Assembly (NCBI GenBank): GCA_951406725.2
Contig: OX597815.1
Span: forward strand, 209,622,001-209,686,000
DNA: 64,000 bases
Reading direction: 5' to 3'
From: Octopus vulgaris
Lineage: Eukaryota
Within the stretch, counting starts at the first letter, position 1. Every line of letters begins with the position of its first letter. The position numbers and the translations under genes were made by a program. The notes below the pieces were generated by a model. That model did no database searches. It worked only from the letters and a program-made list of their open reading frames with translations, and had not been told where the DNA came from. Below, one piece after another: positions 11,508 to 25,719 of the stretch.

Positions 11508-11534
11508 CATTATTATTATTATTATTATTATTAC

Positions 11535-11597
<63 letters not shown>
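11472..11597. repeat. (TTA)n microsatellite
   Basis: Direct reading. Confidence 0.97.
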
Positions 11598-11942
11598 CTC
11601 TGCCTTAGTCGTGTTTGTTGTTTGTTTCTTTGTCCGCGAACAAGATTTCTCAAGAACCGCTGGATGGATTCGGATGAAATTTTCAGGGATGTTTGTCCTC
11701 GTGACTGGCACGAACTGATTAGATTTTAGGATCAATCCAGTGACGGACAAGAATTCTGGAATATATTTCCTCTTTTTTACTTAATTTTTTTGAGAGTGGT
11801 CGGGTTCATTTTTATTATTCTCGTTTGTGAGAGCAGTCGAGTTTATTTCAGATATTCTCATTTAAAAAATCATTTCTTGCTAATCCTTGAGAGGATGTTG
11901 GTGTTATCTTGGCGTAGGCTTGCGCTCTCTGAGTTCTCTTGT
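11596..11942 (+). mobile_element. Helentron-associated (HINE/DINE-1-like) non-autonomous element
   Basis: Degenerate subterminal inverted repeat (ctctgcc / ttggcgtagg), GTTT-like repeats near the 5' end, ggattcggatgaaattttcagg core, 3' hairpin-like gcgctctctgagttc. Confidence 0.55.
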
Positions 11943-12499
11943 TGTTGTTGGTGTTATTATTATTATTATGATTATTATTATTATTATTATTATTATTATG
12001 GTGTCAACAACAACTCGTAAGTTTGTCCTTTTTATACGCTTAAAAATTGTTAATTTGTTTAAACCAACCAAAACACCAAGGACTGATTGACTCTTCGTTT
12101 CTCGCCCCTTTGGACTCAGAAATTTATTACAAGTATTTTCAAATTTTGTTTTGAAAAACATTATGTTTTACACCAATGGCGATGGCTTCCATTGTCAGTA
12201 TACTGATAGGATCAGTAAGAGGTGACTCGGAAAGGCAGGTACAATACGTAGAAGGGAACGAAAATATAATTCAAGCATTGAAAGCTCAAATTTCCTTTAA
12301 TTGACAATAGTGTTATTGTGACAAAAGGGAATTTCAGTAACAGCAAAAACAAGTATAATAATTTAGACAACATTAACGAGAGCGAAAGCAGCAGCAACAG
12401 CAGCAATGGTAGCGAAGACAGCATTATGATCATGGAAGGGAGGAAGTATTCAAAGTAGTATTGAAAGGAACGGTAACACTATTAACAAACGTAACAAAA

Positions 12500-15400
12500 C
12501 AGTAGTAGCGGCAAAAGCACCAAGTGAACGAATAGCAATTTTTTTTATTTTACCGAGATTACCGGAGTTTAAATGTTTCACTCGACAAAGGGCATGAGCA
12601 TTTGAAAGACGTGGAGGAAAGCATTACACTAAGTGAACCGGGACACTTTTTAGAGCAAACACAAAGGAATACAATTCTGTATAGATTCTTATCTAAAATT
12701 AGTTCGTATTTCTTTAGACCAAACTAAAATCTGACTAAAAAACATTTGTTCAGGCATAAAGTTTGTAGGACATGTTCATACGTTCGGATACATCTGAGTT
12801 ATTTGCCATTCGGAAAGTTTAGACCACAAACACTCCACCGATCCATAAACGACTGAAGATTTTACACTGAAACCCTACTACTTGAGACGGAGAGTAATCC
12901 AAGTACAAATCCCGCCTATACCACCAGGACTAGACTAGTGGTGAGTGGAGCGGTAAAATATATGGTTTCGGAACATCTTAGCATGCTGCTAGAAAAAAAA
13001 AAGAAAGAGATTTTGAAATGAAAGTTGGATTGGGATGGGGTTGGAAATTGTGATTAATGTGAAACCTGAGACACTGAATAATAACTCTAACCTTGCAGAA
13101 ATCTCAGGAAGGCAGTAAGTTCAGACGACAGTTGAGCGTGGAAGACCTCAGTACTACACTTGTGCAGACACTAATCGACCTAGGGCCTATTGTTTCACGA
13201 AACAATATAGATGTAAGCTTATAGAAAGCCACCATTACAGTCAGTACCATAACATCAACATAAGAGTAGCAACCACATCAGAAACACCTACAACAACTAA
13301 CTTGAAGAATAGTATGTAATACTGAAAGTAGGACCTACAACAATTATAGAAACAACAACACTAACAGTGGAAGCCACAGCGCGGCAATACATGGAAGAGA
13401 TTTCACGGGAAGTATAAACAAGAGACTATGAAATTACTTGTAGAAACGCCCACAGCCAGCCGATGGATGGAAGACCTGTCACTCTCTTTCAATAGGAATA
13501 ATGTAAGTGGACCTTTCCTCTTTCTGGAGGTTACGACACGTACACATCTCCAGGTGGAATGAGATCAGGAGATTAAATGTTCTTCTGGAGGAGTCTGAAT
13601 CTCATGATATTGGCAATCTTTATGGACATAGAAGCTAAGTTTGATGTACAGGACATCATCAGCAGCTAATTGTGAGCCCTATAACTAGTACTTGTTTACA
13701 CCCGAGTAAGGGCGGGGAAGCTAGATTTCTTCGAGTGTCTGTAGGCTTTTCTCAGTGTTAGTGGACGATTGAAGCACTATCTTAGATATACGTTTGGATT
13801 GTGTTGAGCTAGTAGATAAGAAAGGACAGAACAAAAACCTCGTAAGCCTACCAGAACATTTCTAACTATCTGACAGGTACGTATAGGATTTCCTGAATGT
13901 ACAATGGACAAATGACATTAGATCATTCAGATTATATCTAGATAAAATTTTCTGTAGGTCAGTGGATCAGGATAGCATAAATTGTCCATGATTTAAAATC
14001 TTCGGATGCGCAGATTAGAAATTTGTGAGTTGCACTGTCGACCTAAACAGAATTCTCTGACAGAGAACTGGTCACTGGAAGCTAAGCGCAACGCTCCCGG
14101 CGTCCCAAATTAAAGAGATTAGATTAACGAATTAGTTAAACGAGTGTTAACGGTGACAGTCGACAACAACAAAAGGATATTCACTAAGAGTTATTAAAAT
14201 AGAATCGATTCGGCTAAGTCAAGAAGTAAAGATGGCGACAAAGAGTATAGAAGGAGACTCAGTTAAAATTTGAGAAGATGCGCTCAGTAAAGGCATCGCT
14301 ACTGAGTGCACGTGGTAAAACTGGTTCTTGACCGGTATCTCAACAGGAAGTCCGGAAGCTGTGTTGTCAGAACTCAGCCCAGTTCTCTAAGATACGAAAG
14401 GATGAAAGGCATTACAGAGGCAGTAGCAGAGGTGCAACGTAGCAATAAAGCCACAGCTCAGTCTTCGGTGGACAAGAATAGGAGCATGTCACATGACACA
14501 TAGCTAATGCGTACAATTTCGTAGCAGCACTTTGATGGAGTGTTCAGTATGAGCGGAGCACCGGAACGTAGCGTCCACCCCTGACAAACTTCTACGATTC
14601 TCGTCAAGAGAACCAGAATGTTGCAACAAGCCGATAGCAGCTGCAGAAATACAGGAAGCATTAGCTAGCTGCAAGGATGCATATCGTTTGATTTGGATGA
14701 TTTGCACCGATCCCTATACATTATATATTAGACTTGTTGTAAGACTCCTTTGGCAGATATTTACTGCAAGTGGCAGAAGGCTGGAAGAATTCTGAGTTCT
14801 CACTTATGAGAAGATACATTAACAAGGGGAATCACATTAATAATTTTTCTACCGTATCCCTACTAAACACAGATTTCAAAATTTTTGGTTAAAGTGTTAG
14901 CGAAGTGGTTGACGCTTGTCGATGATATTTCACAAAAATGTACCATCCCGAAAATATCTCTTCACAACCTCCATTTCGTACGACACCTCACGTAGAATGT
15001 GGAAACCTGGTATGTATGGGACTCTGAGCAATTTAGCACAATCAAAACTTTTAGATTATGTCGTCCATCAATACCTGGTGGCTGCTCTTACAGCAGCCGG
15101 TTTCAATCCCCTCTTCCACGAGTAGGACACTACAGTGATATCAGCATTGTAAGTAAGGGTATATGGCCACCTATCGGAACCATCATGTCCATCCCCTCTC
15201 GTTTTTTCTGTATGTATTGATACTTGAGCCACTCTTCTGGAAACTAGGTGTGTTAACAGGCATCCTGCACGAAGTAGGATGCGGAAAATCTATGTCGGCA
15301 TACACTGACGATGTCACCATTGTCATAATATCAGACGCCAACAAATAAATGTGATTGAGCTTGTTCTTAGGGACCAAGAAACGGCGACAGGAGCAATAAT

Positions 15401-16826
15401 CAATCAAGACAAATCAGTAACTCAGTACTTGGAGTGGCAGTTCCATGGCGTCCAATAGATTCGTAAGGTGTTTGCCCGATCGGTTAAATTGCTCACGATC
15501 TGGTTTTGTAAAGCTTTCCAAATACATAAGAACTGAGACGAGGTGACGAACAGGAGAACCAATCGCATCAAGGTACGAACCGAGAAAAAATAAAACCTAT
15601 CTCTAAAAGGTCAGGAAGAGGTGGAATAAATTCCATCGCTCTTTTCGTATATTACAGTCTAAGCGTCGTACTTTGCTCAATTTCATGTCTTACCAAAGTG
15701 GAGTGCCAGGTATACCGATCCCTTTGTTTTTATCCCTTGGTAAGTGGAGGATTGTTCATGTAATAGCTGATGATGCGCAGACATGCACTGAAGCTGCGAC
15801 ATCTCCAGCAAGTGTGACCGCCGCTTGTCTGATACGCTTTTCCACAACTTGTCCTTTTGCCAGAGCTGCAGTTTCTTATCAAGTTTAGACTTCGACGAAG
15901 CGCTAGCATTTAGAGTGCCAACGGGCGATCAAAGTTCTCTCTCTCTCTCACTCTCTCTCTCTCCCTCTCTCTCAGTCAGGTAATGCAATCGGTAAAAGTT
16001 TGACTTTAGCGTTCTGTCGAGGATTAGTGGCAGATTTTGACTAAAATCGTCTGACTGGTCTGTTTTGGAGGACTTTCTGGCGGGGCTCATAGACAATTTC
16101 TAGAAATACTTGCCTGGAAGTGCTACCCGGTGGCATTACAAGTTTAGCGCAAATGCTACAGACACGGAAGTAACATCATCCAGGCTTGCCGCCCAAAGTG
16201 CGTGCAGAGTAACAAAAGCATCCTGCATGCACTCATCCGGTGTCTGAGCATTGTTAACTTGTGGAGTTATGTTAAACACCTGCAGCGTATGGGATGGATC
16301 TAGCTATCAGCTGGGTCCACAGTGAAGATCGTATCTCCACCTTATTTTGGATAGGAAGGAGAGGTAGATTTCATGGGAGCGTTGACTTCAGTGAAACTGG
16401 TTGTGTTGCGGATAAGAGTGGAAGGGCTGCAAACAGACACCTTCTCCTTTGACTAAGCCCTAATTAAATTTTTCAAGTTTCCTTTGAAAAGGAAAATGGT
16501 AATGCTGAGGACATGATAAAATTTATCGAAAGTGGTGAGGATGATCCGAGTGAACAGATCTGCTCCGAGTATGTGCCTGTAGATTGAGAAAGGAGGATGG
16601 GGGAGAGCACTTGCTTTAGTTGTCAGTCTGACCGTGGTTTTGTGGGATTTTCATCAGCAACGCTTGGAAGTTCACTCTCTTTAGGGGAATTATTTCTTGT
16701 TTGATTTTCAATTTCTTTGTTTCTGTTATTTCGTTATCCACATGATTTGTATAATGCTATGTTGTTCCCTCTTCTGTACTGTCTCCAATGCTTTTGTGTA
16801 CCCAAAATAGTTAATAAAGAAAATGT
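12500..16826 (+). mobile_element. Near full-length but heavily decayed Tx1/L1-clade LINE (ORF1 and ORF2 pseudogene)
   Basis: ORF1 knuckle-like TVERGRPQYYTC at about 13130; EN YLDKIFC at about 13935; RT VSLLNTDFKI at about 14855, PLSFFLYVLILEPL and SAYTDDVT at 15190-15318; C-terminal PKCVQSNKSILHALIRC at about 16195; aataaa then TTA tail. The 5' boundary is approximate. Confidence 0.85.
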
Positions 16827-16847
16827 TATTATTATTATCATCATTAT

Positions 16848-17063
16848 TAAGGCGGCGAGCTGACAGATTCATTAATACGCCGGGCACAATGCTTAGCGGC
16901 ATTTCGTCCGTCTTTACATACTGAGTTCAAATTCCGTCGAGGTTGCCCTTGCCTTTAATCCTTTTGGGGTCGATAAATTAAGTACCAGTGAAATACTGGG
17001 GTCGATTACATCGACTAGTCCCCTCACTGCAAAATTTCAGACCTTGTGCCTTTAGTAGAAAAG

Positions 17064-17117
<54 letters not shown>

Positions 17118-17132
17118 GTTATTATAATTATA

Positions 17133-17165
<33 letters not shown>

Positions 17166-17645
17166 GGTGACGAGTAGGCAGAATCGTTAGCACGCTGGAC
17201 AAAATGCTTAGCGATATTTCAGGACTCTTTACGTCCTGAGTTTAAATTTTGCCAACGTCGACTTTGCCTTTCATGCTTCCGGGGTCGATAAAGTTCCAGT
17301 GGATCCCTGAGATCGATGTAATCAACAAGTCTCCTCCTCCTCCCCCTCCTCACCTTCCTCCTCCTCTTCCTCCAAAATTTCAGGCAGCAACGTGCGTATA
17401 GTAGGAAGGATTATTATTATTGTTATTAAGGTGGTGAGCTGAGAGAACCTTTAGCACGTTGAACAAAATGCTTCGCAGCATTTCTTCCGACTCTTTACTT
17501 TCTGAATTCACATCCCACTGAAGTCAACTTTGTCTTTTGTCATTTCGGAGTCGATAAATAAATATAAACCATGTACGGGGTTGATGTTATATAAATTTGC
17601 CACTTCTTCCTAAAAATGGTTGGCCTTGTGTCAAAATTTGGAGCA
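16848..17645 (+). mobile_element. Three head-to-tail SINE family A copies separated by (TTA)n
   Basis: Heads at about 16849, 17165 and 17428; each ends ...gtagaaaagattattatt or similar. Confidence 0.85.
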
Positions 17646-19204
17646 GTTATTATTAGTAGCAACAACACAAGTAGTAGTAGTCTTAGTAGTAATAGCTGCT
17701 GCAGCAGTAAACGTGGAAGAGTGTGGGAATGTGTTTCTGTGTAGAAAATGTTTTCTCACCTTCCTTTGTAAATATTTCTTTGTAAATAATACTTTCAGAA
17801 AACCCATCTGAATCGTCCATATTCCGAAAGAAAAGAAAAAGGTTGGTCATTTTCAGACATTTTATACACCATTAATTTTTGAGTTTACATCCAAGCTAAA
17901 ATAAATGGCTACAAGTCGACAAAGAAATATCGCCTACCAAAAAAATTCAGTTGAATATAACGGCACAGAAAACAAACAGGAAAAAAAAACAAGAAATGGA
18001 AGCCAATTTAAACTCATGGTAAAATGTAAATATTTTTCATGAGAAAATATAAATAATTTATTGATTGAAAACACAAACTAAACATTGGAAAAGTTTTCCG
18101 TTATGATATATCAAACAGCAGCAGCAACAACAACAATGCACATATATAATCAATCTCATCACATCTATTTTCACCAAGTAGAAAAAGAGAATAGAGAGTT
18201 AGGATTGAGTAACGGGGAAAATCGTTTTCAATGCTCCTTCTTTTGCTGAAGGCAGACACTTGATATGAATTATATGGCGGAGAAAAAAAAAATTACCTGA
18301 GAAATCTTTGTGATAGTAGCAAGCTCTGAAATAAAGTAGTTTCTTATCAAAATGCATGAAAAAGAAAACCGGAAATATCTGCTTTTCGTCAGTCACAAGG
18401 GATTTTCTTGTAGCAATTTCAAAGCGTAATTTCAAACAGAACTAACCGAGGTATGGAATGGCCTATTATCCTAGTAGGGGAAGAAATTAGAAAATTCTGT
18501 ATATCGTATTCAAAATGGAGGAGACGAAAAGGCAGACCGAACACGTGTCTCACAAGATTCACGATAAAGTATATTAGTGGAGACTTAGCTTTTTGGCACG
18601 CCTCCATTTTGTGATACAATACAGGCTGCTGGTACACGCTAATATATCACGAAAAAGGACCCATGGTCGAGTAGAGTTAACACATATAGAATGCTAAAAT
18701 GAACTTCGACACCCATAGAACAAATCTAGATCTATGCTTAGTTGTAGATTCACATAAATAAAAAAAATAAATGCCATGAGATTGGTGGGGCATGGCAGAA
18801 AACCCGGATATGAGACTTGTGATGATAAGAATCACTGGAAATTTTACTGCCTCGGTGAATTAAGTAGTCAGAGAATGAAAGAATGCGATGTACACTACAG
18901 AGCCATCAGATCTCGAAGGCTACTGTTCAAACAAGACGATCAGCTGTGCCATCTGTTGGAACATTTCATCGTGAATTATTCATATCTTTATGTTTTTCAT
19001 GCCTATATTACATATATCACACACTGGTTGTATAAATACTGTTTTGTTATTTCAAAATATTAGATTCCTTGAAGGCTAGAGTGGATTTAATTGAATACTT
19101 AACTGGCTCAATATATAAAGAAATCTGGTGTGTGTCATCAATGGTATTGCACCCACTACCTCTATAAAAATTAGTGTCGAAGTGAAAAATTCAAATTCTT
19201 GTCA

Positions 19205-19690
19205 TTGTTTGAGTTACTTTAACCCAAGTCAGCCCTGGTCGAATAGATCTATGGTCAAATGTGTTCTAACTGTAACCACATCGCCTTTTTGCATAATTAA
19301 GGACTTCACAGTTGAAGTGTGTCCTGTGTTTTTTTAAGATACGGTGCGACTTGGGTGATTTTCGGCTGGTATTACTAGCACATGCAGAGGCGCGTGGCTT
19401 AGTGGTTAAGGTGTCAGCATCATGATCGTAAGATTGTGGTTTCGATTCCTGGACCGGCCGACGCGTTGTGTTCTTGAGCAAAACACTTCATTTCACGTTG
19501 CTCCACTCCACTCAGCTGGCAAAAATGAGTGACGCTGCTCTGGACTGGTGTCCCATCCAGTTTGGGAACACATACACCATTGAAACCTGGAAACCGGGCC
19601 CATGAGCCTGGCTAGGCTTTAAAAGTTTATTTTATTTTATTACTAGCACATACTGGTGCGTCAAGTGACCACACCGAAACTCTCTAACTC
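19205..19690 (+). repeat. Old interspersed repeat, related to 21808-22020 and 57665-57870, interrupted by SINE D
   Basis: Shared segments tttttaagat(a/g)cggt...tt(t/c)ggct...tatt(a/t)ctagca in three places. Confidence 0.5.
19386..19637 (+). mobile_element. SINE family D, full length with TSD
   Basis: A box tggcttagtgg, B box ggtttcgattcc; V-domain-like ctggactggtgtcccatccag; TSD tattactagcacat at 19370-19383 and 19638-19651. Confidence 0.9.
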
Positions 19691-20650
19691 TAGTCACAAA
19701 TTCTTGTAAACTTCTAACATAGAATGGTAGTAAGTTCCCAGTGATTGCATACTATAGCCTTGCTACTCACATCTTGTAATCCAGGAAAACATAGATGTCA
19801 TATTTTTAATTTGTTTCTTCTCACAAAAATATGAAATGATATGAGGCTACTAATAATTTCTCAACCACTTGGAACGTGCTTTAAAGTACTTAAGTTCAGT
19901 TTTAAGATGTTAAGTGTTTGACAGACAAACGTCTAAGGCCCCCCTTCTCCACTCTACAATTTCACTAAAGTGCTGTCTTCACTTAGATAACGTTCCTAGA
20001 ATATCTAGGCAGATAAATCTAGATATGCACAAAATATGTGTCCTGCCCATATATACCATGATACGACCTATATGCTCGAAACCAATCTATTGATAACCTT
20101 TGAATATGAATCCTTTGAATAGGAATCTCAGAAATCAGAAGTAGATATATTATCTTACATTGTCATCAATTCTAATAAGGAATCAGCTCGTCCATAGTTT
20201 GTAATACTAATGGTAAGATGCTTCAGGTTAAAGAAAAAAAATACATACAATACATACAATGAAGTAAAAATTACATTAACGGGAGCTTGAAAGTTAAACG
20301 TAATGAGGAATGGCATACAAGCTATTTATAACAGTAATTCATTTAATGGTTATCGCAGACATTTTTTTTTTCTTCTTTGTAAGACAATTTAGGATGCATG
20401 AAATCAAGACGTAAATAGTGGTATTTGTTTCGCTGGCTTATATCTCTTCTGATATTTTTAACTAATGGCTCATAAAGAGACATAAGGTCACTAACGAGAC
20501 AGCAATATAGGTAAGAATATTTTAGATAGGAAAATAGGATAGGATTTTCAATAAAAGAGAAATAAGTTGTATGATGGATAATGAAATGTGAAACAGGGTC
20601 ATTCTAGAGAAAGAGAACATGAATTACGAAGCTGATAACAGTAAGAGAAA

Positions 20651-20722
<72 letters not shown>

Positions 20723-21216
20723 AACTTATATATATACATAATATTCTTTGAGATTAGAGAAAGTATAGTCTGCTATTTATTCAGAAAAAAATTATTCCTA
20801 AATAACCGAATGTGCCATTACAGTGGTTAAGTGTTTTACTTTAAATACTAGAACTGAAGTTATATGAAGGCACAACATTGTATATACAGCTTCAAGTACA
20901 GGATATTCTTATCGTCAGCTGTCGACTGGAGATCGCGACCATATCGATAACCTCCGATATTCTCACTCCTTCTGGGTGGGGTGGGAGCTGAGCGGAATTA
21001 ATGCTGGCAAGGAATACCCACGTTCTTTTTGTTGATTATTTTCTTACCATCCATGTAGTCACCTTAGCTTTAATATATGTACTAGATTTAAACTGAGACA
21101 GAGGAAAATGGATGAGTCGGTGAGAGCAGTACCACTGTTTATCAACGCTTGATGGTGATGATGATGATGATGGTGGTGGTGGCAATTAAGAAGAGGGAAA
21201 GTCGTTGTGAATATAT

Positions 21217-21448
21217 GTTTCTTTACTACCCAGAAGGGGCTAAACACAGAGGGGACAAACAAGGACAGACAAACGAATTAAGTCGATTACATCGACCCCA
21301 GTGCATAACTGGTACTTAATTTATTGACCCCGAAAGGATGAAAGGCAAAGTCGACCTCGGCGGAATTTGAACTCAGAACGTAACGGCAGACTATATATGG
21401 CTACGCATTTCGCCCGGCGTGCTAACGTTTCTGCCAGCTCGCCGCCTT
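21217..21448 (-). mobile_element. SINE family A, full-length monomer
   Basis: Matches family consensus; TSD gtcgt(t/a)gtgaatata at about 21201 and 21453. Confidence 0.9.
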
Positions 21449-22099
21449 CCCGGTCGTAGTGAATATAATTATGATGGAAACGAAAATGGTAGCAACAAGG
21501 AATATGACAACAACCTCAAATCGACTAACTAAATTGTATAAATGGTTTGGGGGTGGTATACTGTTTTGGTTGAGGCGTTGCTGAGTTGTTGATGATCAAT
21601 GTGTTACAGCTCATTAAAATAATCAAATATAATATTTAGAATTTTCGCTTCACATTCTGATTTCAAGTCCTGTCAGTGTTGACCTAGTTTTTCCTTGTTC
21701 CACAGTCTATAACTTGACGTTAGTTTAACCAGCTACATATTACTTTTGCAAATCATGACCATAACGTACCAAATGAGTAACTCAAGGAGGTAACACAATT
21801 GTTTTACTATTGTTTAGACCGAGGGAAACCAGCCATGATACATAGAAACCAATGTGTAAAGGACTCTCAATTATGATATTTCCATCTCATCTGATAATTT
21901 GCATGTAGGACTCGTTTATCAATGTATCTTTCTATTTTTAAGATGGTACAGTTTTATTGCACATTTGGTTACTATTTCTAGGAGGTCAATCGACAGTGTA
22001 GAGGGTCCTTCATTGGCTGGTCAACCCAGTTTTGACGCTTGATGAAAGCTATTTCTGTTACTGTTAAATACCAAAGATGTTGGTTAAATAATCTTTTCT

Positions 22100-22286
22100 T
22101 CCATAGACAGAAAGCCTAAAATTTCCATTAATCTCAGTACTCAAATTGTATTTATTTAATCAACCCCCCGAAAGGATGAAAGGCGAAGTCGATCTCGATG
22201 GCATTTGAACTCAGAACGTAAAGATGGACGAAATGCCGCTAAGTGTTTTGTACAGTGTGCTAACAATTATGTTCGCTCGCCTCCTT
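22100..22286 (-). mobile_element. SINE family A, diverged
   Basis: cccgaaaggatgaaaggcgaagtcgatctcg...gaactcagaacg. Confidence 0.8.
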
Positions 22287-22977
22287 ACGTTAACTAAATA
22301 ATGAATATTAAATCGTTTGCATCTCTCCTTTTCTACAAGTTTCAAATAGTATATCTGTGTAAGATGTCAATATCAGAGCAAAGGAAAAGTGCCAATTTAG
22401 CAGTAATAGTACATAGTTTTTGATTTTAAACTTCAGTGTTCCAAGCTGAAATCCTGCTAGGGTCAACCTTCAATGACATTCATCTGAGGCTGAGAAAATT
22501 AGCTTTGGAAATATATTATAATTGATACGATCAGTTGCACCCATCCTTTACAAATCTGCCATATTGTACTAATGTATTAATTCACTCTTTTGCTTATGGC
22601 TGATAGGCAGAAAAGACAGCTGTAGAAAGCTTCAAGATTTAAGTTGTATGGGTCAGTTCTCATTCTCGTTTCGAAAATCTGCCAGGATTACTGTTTTATT
22701 TGATCCTATTGATGAAATGAGTACTAATTACAAACTGATATCGATGTAATTAACCATAACTTACCTTTGCAGTATATTTTATCAAAACAAAAACAAACAA
22801 AAAAACAATCGATACTAAAACTAAAGAAAAGAGTTACGATAAGGTACTTTTACAGATATGGTGAAAGGGAAATCAAAAGGTAGATTTTGAATCTAAATTG
22901 TTACCGTATCAGTTCTGTTTGCATTGGGAAAGCATTGAGAAAAGTTATGCACGTCACATGACCGGTTTTATTATAAA

Positions 22978-23365
22978 CTAGCAGTATCGCCCGGCGTTGC
23001 TCAGGTTTGTAAGGGAAATAACTATAAAGCATCTTTAGAGAGTTATAGCCAAAAAATAGCAAAAAAATGGAAAAAAAAATGATGGTAAATTTGTTTATGA
23101 GAGTAAAAAAAGGTTGAGTTGCGTCCCCTAGACAGTCTGTGGTTTGTTTTTTTTTATTCTCGACCCCATGTCGAATTTATCGATTTTTTTCAGAACTGGG
23201 GGAACTTTTCAAAATTTTCGCTGCGTTAGTTTTGAATTATGACATTGGGCTATGTGTGTGTCAAGTTTCATCAGAATCGGTTGAAAGCCGTGGTCAGGGT
23301 GAGGGTACAACCTAACAGACACACAGAAACACGCACAGACAAACTGCCGTTTATATAGAGAGAGA
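22978..23365 (-). mobile_element. Non-autonomous Helitron
   Basis: Minus strand starts TC(tctctctatataaac), ends in a GC-rich hairpin-like motif (gagcaacgccgggcg) plus CTAG, and sits between A and T with no TSD. Confidence 0.75.
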
Positions 23366-23462
23366 TCTGAATCATGGGTTAAGTCTGTGTTGCAAATTAT
23401 TTATAAGAGTGGAAAGAATCGAACTAAATACATCAAGTTAACAGAAGCTTAAGATTATACCT

Positions 23463-24064
23463 TATTTCTTTACTACCCACAAGGGGCTAAACACACAAAG
23501 GACAAACAAGGACAGACAAACGGATTAAGTCAATTACATCGACCCCAGTGCGTAACTGGCACTTATTTAATCGACCCCGAAAGGATGAAAGGCAAAGTCG
23601 ACCTCGGTGGTATTTGAACTCAGAACGTAGTGGCAGACGAAATACCTATTTCTTTACTACTCACAAGGGGCTAAACACAAAGAGGACAAACAAGGACAGA
23701 CAAACGGATTAAGTCAATTACATCGACCCCAGTGCGTAACTGGCACTTATTTAATCGACCCCGAAAGGATGAAAGGCAAAGTCGACCTCGGTGGTATTTG
23801 AACTCAGAACGTAGTGGCAGACGAAATACCTATTTCTTTACTACTCACAAGGGGCTAAACACAAAGAGGACAAACAAGGACAGACAAACGGATTAAGTCG
23901 ATTATATCGACCCCAGTGTGTAACTGGTACTTATTTAATCGACCCCCGAAAGGATGAAAGGCAAAGTCGACCTCGGTGGAATTTGAACTTAGAACGTAGC
24001 GGCGGACGAAATACCGCTAAGCATTTCGCCCGGCGTGCTAACGTTTCTGCCACCTCGCCGCCTT
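23463..24064 (-). mobile_element. SINE family A trimer (one head plus three 184-bp bodies)
   Basis: Period 184 (23465, 23649, 23833); single TSD aagattatacct at 23451-23462 and 24069-24080. Confidence 0.92.
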
Positions 24065-25088
24065 GATGAAGATTATACCTATTAAACTAATATTAAATAG
24101 AATGTTAATGCATATTTAACAACTGTCGTGATGCTGTTGTTGTTGTTGCTGCTGCTGATGATGATGAGGTGGGGGAGGAGGAGGAACGTAGAATTGTACT
24201 TCTGAAGGAGATGGAAATGAAAGCAACAATAGACATGGTAGCAGCCTCAAATTGACAAACAAAATTGGATAGACGGTTCATTGGTGGATGGATCGCTAGG
24301 TGGCGTATGATATGCTGCACCTCATTAAAATCAACAAATACAATTCACAATTGCTGTGGCATTATTTTAGATATCTGCTCTGAAAATAAAGTTATAGAAA
24401 TGCCAACATCTTTTAACTCTAACCATTTTCAGACATAGAATTGTACTGCATGACCTGATGCCGACGCAGTTTGTTTGGTTAATTTGGTGGCTGCGGTGTC
24501 TGCGAGCGTTCGTAAAGTAATGGAACGCATGAAGCAAACAAATTGATAATGATGAAAGAATAAGAGAACGAACGAGAAAGAAAAAAAAATATATATATAA
24601 TAAAATAAAAATAATAAGAAATGCAAAAACAAAAGAAAAAGTAAGAAATAGATTTCACATTTAGAAATCTTTAATGAAACAATGAATGTAATTTAAAGTT
24701 TGTGAGTTTCATAGATACCATATGAAAAATAGCTTGCAGGTTCACTATAAAAAGAGTATGATCAATGAAAGAGGTGTTGGGAAAGGGCAGGAGTCAATAT
24801 TTGATCTCAGAGTCTTAACTTATCTCGTGGCATCTCATTGTTTAAATATTTTAAAAATTAATTTCCTTTTAATTGTGTTATTTTTTTTTTTACATAAGTT
24901 TATTGTCATAATAACAATATCGATAATGATAATGGTAATAATAGTGATAATTTTAATGGCCAAATGATAACAACAATAATGATAATGATGATAACACCAG
25001 TATTAATGGTTCTCCGGATCATAGTAATGTCAATATATTAATAATAAAAAAAATAATAATAAAAACAATAATAATAATATTAATAATG

Positions 25089-25143
<55 letters not shown>

Positions 25144-25185
25144 TAATAATAATAATAATAATAACAATAACAATAATAATAATAA

Positions 25186-25576
25186 CATGAAGGAAAAAAA
25201 TGCTTTCTAATTGATGTATCAATACCGGCAGATGACAACGTGTCTCTAAAAGAAATGGAGAAACTCTCAAAATACAAAGACCTGGAAATGGAGGTAACTA
25301 GAATGTGGAATCTGAAAACAGAAACAATTCCTATCATAGTAGGTGCATTAGGCATGATAAAAAAATATTCAGACAAATACATAACAAAAACACCAGGACT
25401 TACAAACACATATAACATACAGAAAATTGCACTACTAGGCACTGCACACATCCACCGCAGAACACTTTCCATACAATAACCATCAGAGCATCACAACAAA
25501 TCACAGCACATACCCAAGGCACACAGAGCTGCGCTCGGTAGTGAAGTGAAAGCATGCTATAAAAATAAAACTACTG
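25186..25576 (+). mobile_element. 5'-truncated R4/Dong-like retrotransposon 3' end inserted in (TAA)n
   Basis: KKCFLIDVSIPADDNVSLKEMEKLSKYKDL...IPIIVGALG...QKIALLGTAHI; TAA repeats flank both ends. Confidence 0.9.
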
Positions 25577-25719
25577 AATAATAATAATAATAATAATAAA
25601 AATAAAAATAACAATAATACTGCTTTTCATTATTAACTACGAGGGATGGCGAAATGTCGAGGATCAGATTACATAGCAAGCGTGTATGAAAGAGAATTGC
25701 GGAAAGAAATAAACCGGAA

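Noticed and set aside
18198-18680. Possible piggyBac-like end (gagttaa)
   Set aside because: No matching TIR or TTAA at the other end
23463-24064. Regularly spaced repeats suggestive of a CRISPR-like array
   Set aside because: The whole 184-bp unit repeats with no unique spacers; it is a SINE multimer in eukaryotic DNA
24445-24505. Possible miRNA-like hairpin
   Set aside because: Pairing is short and irregular; no known mature sequence recognised
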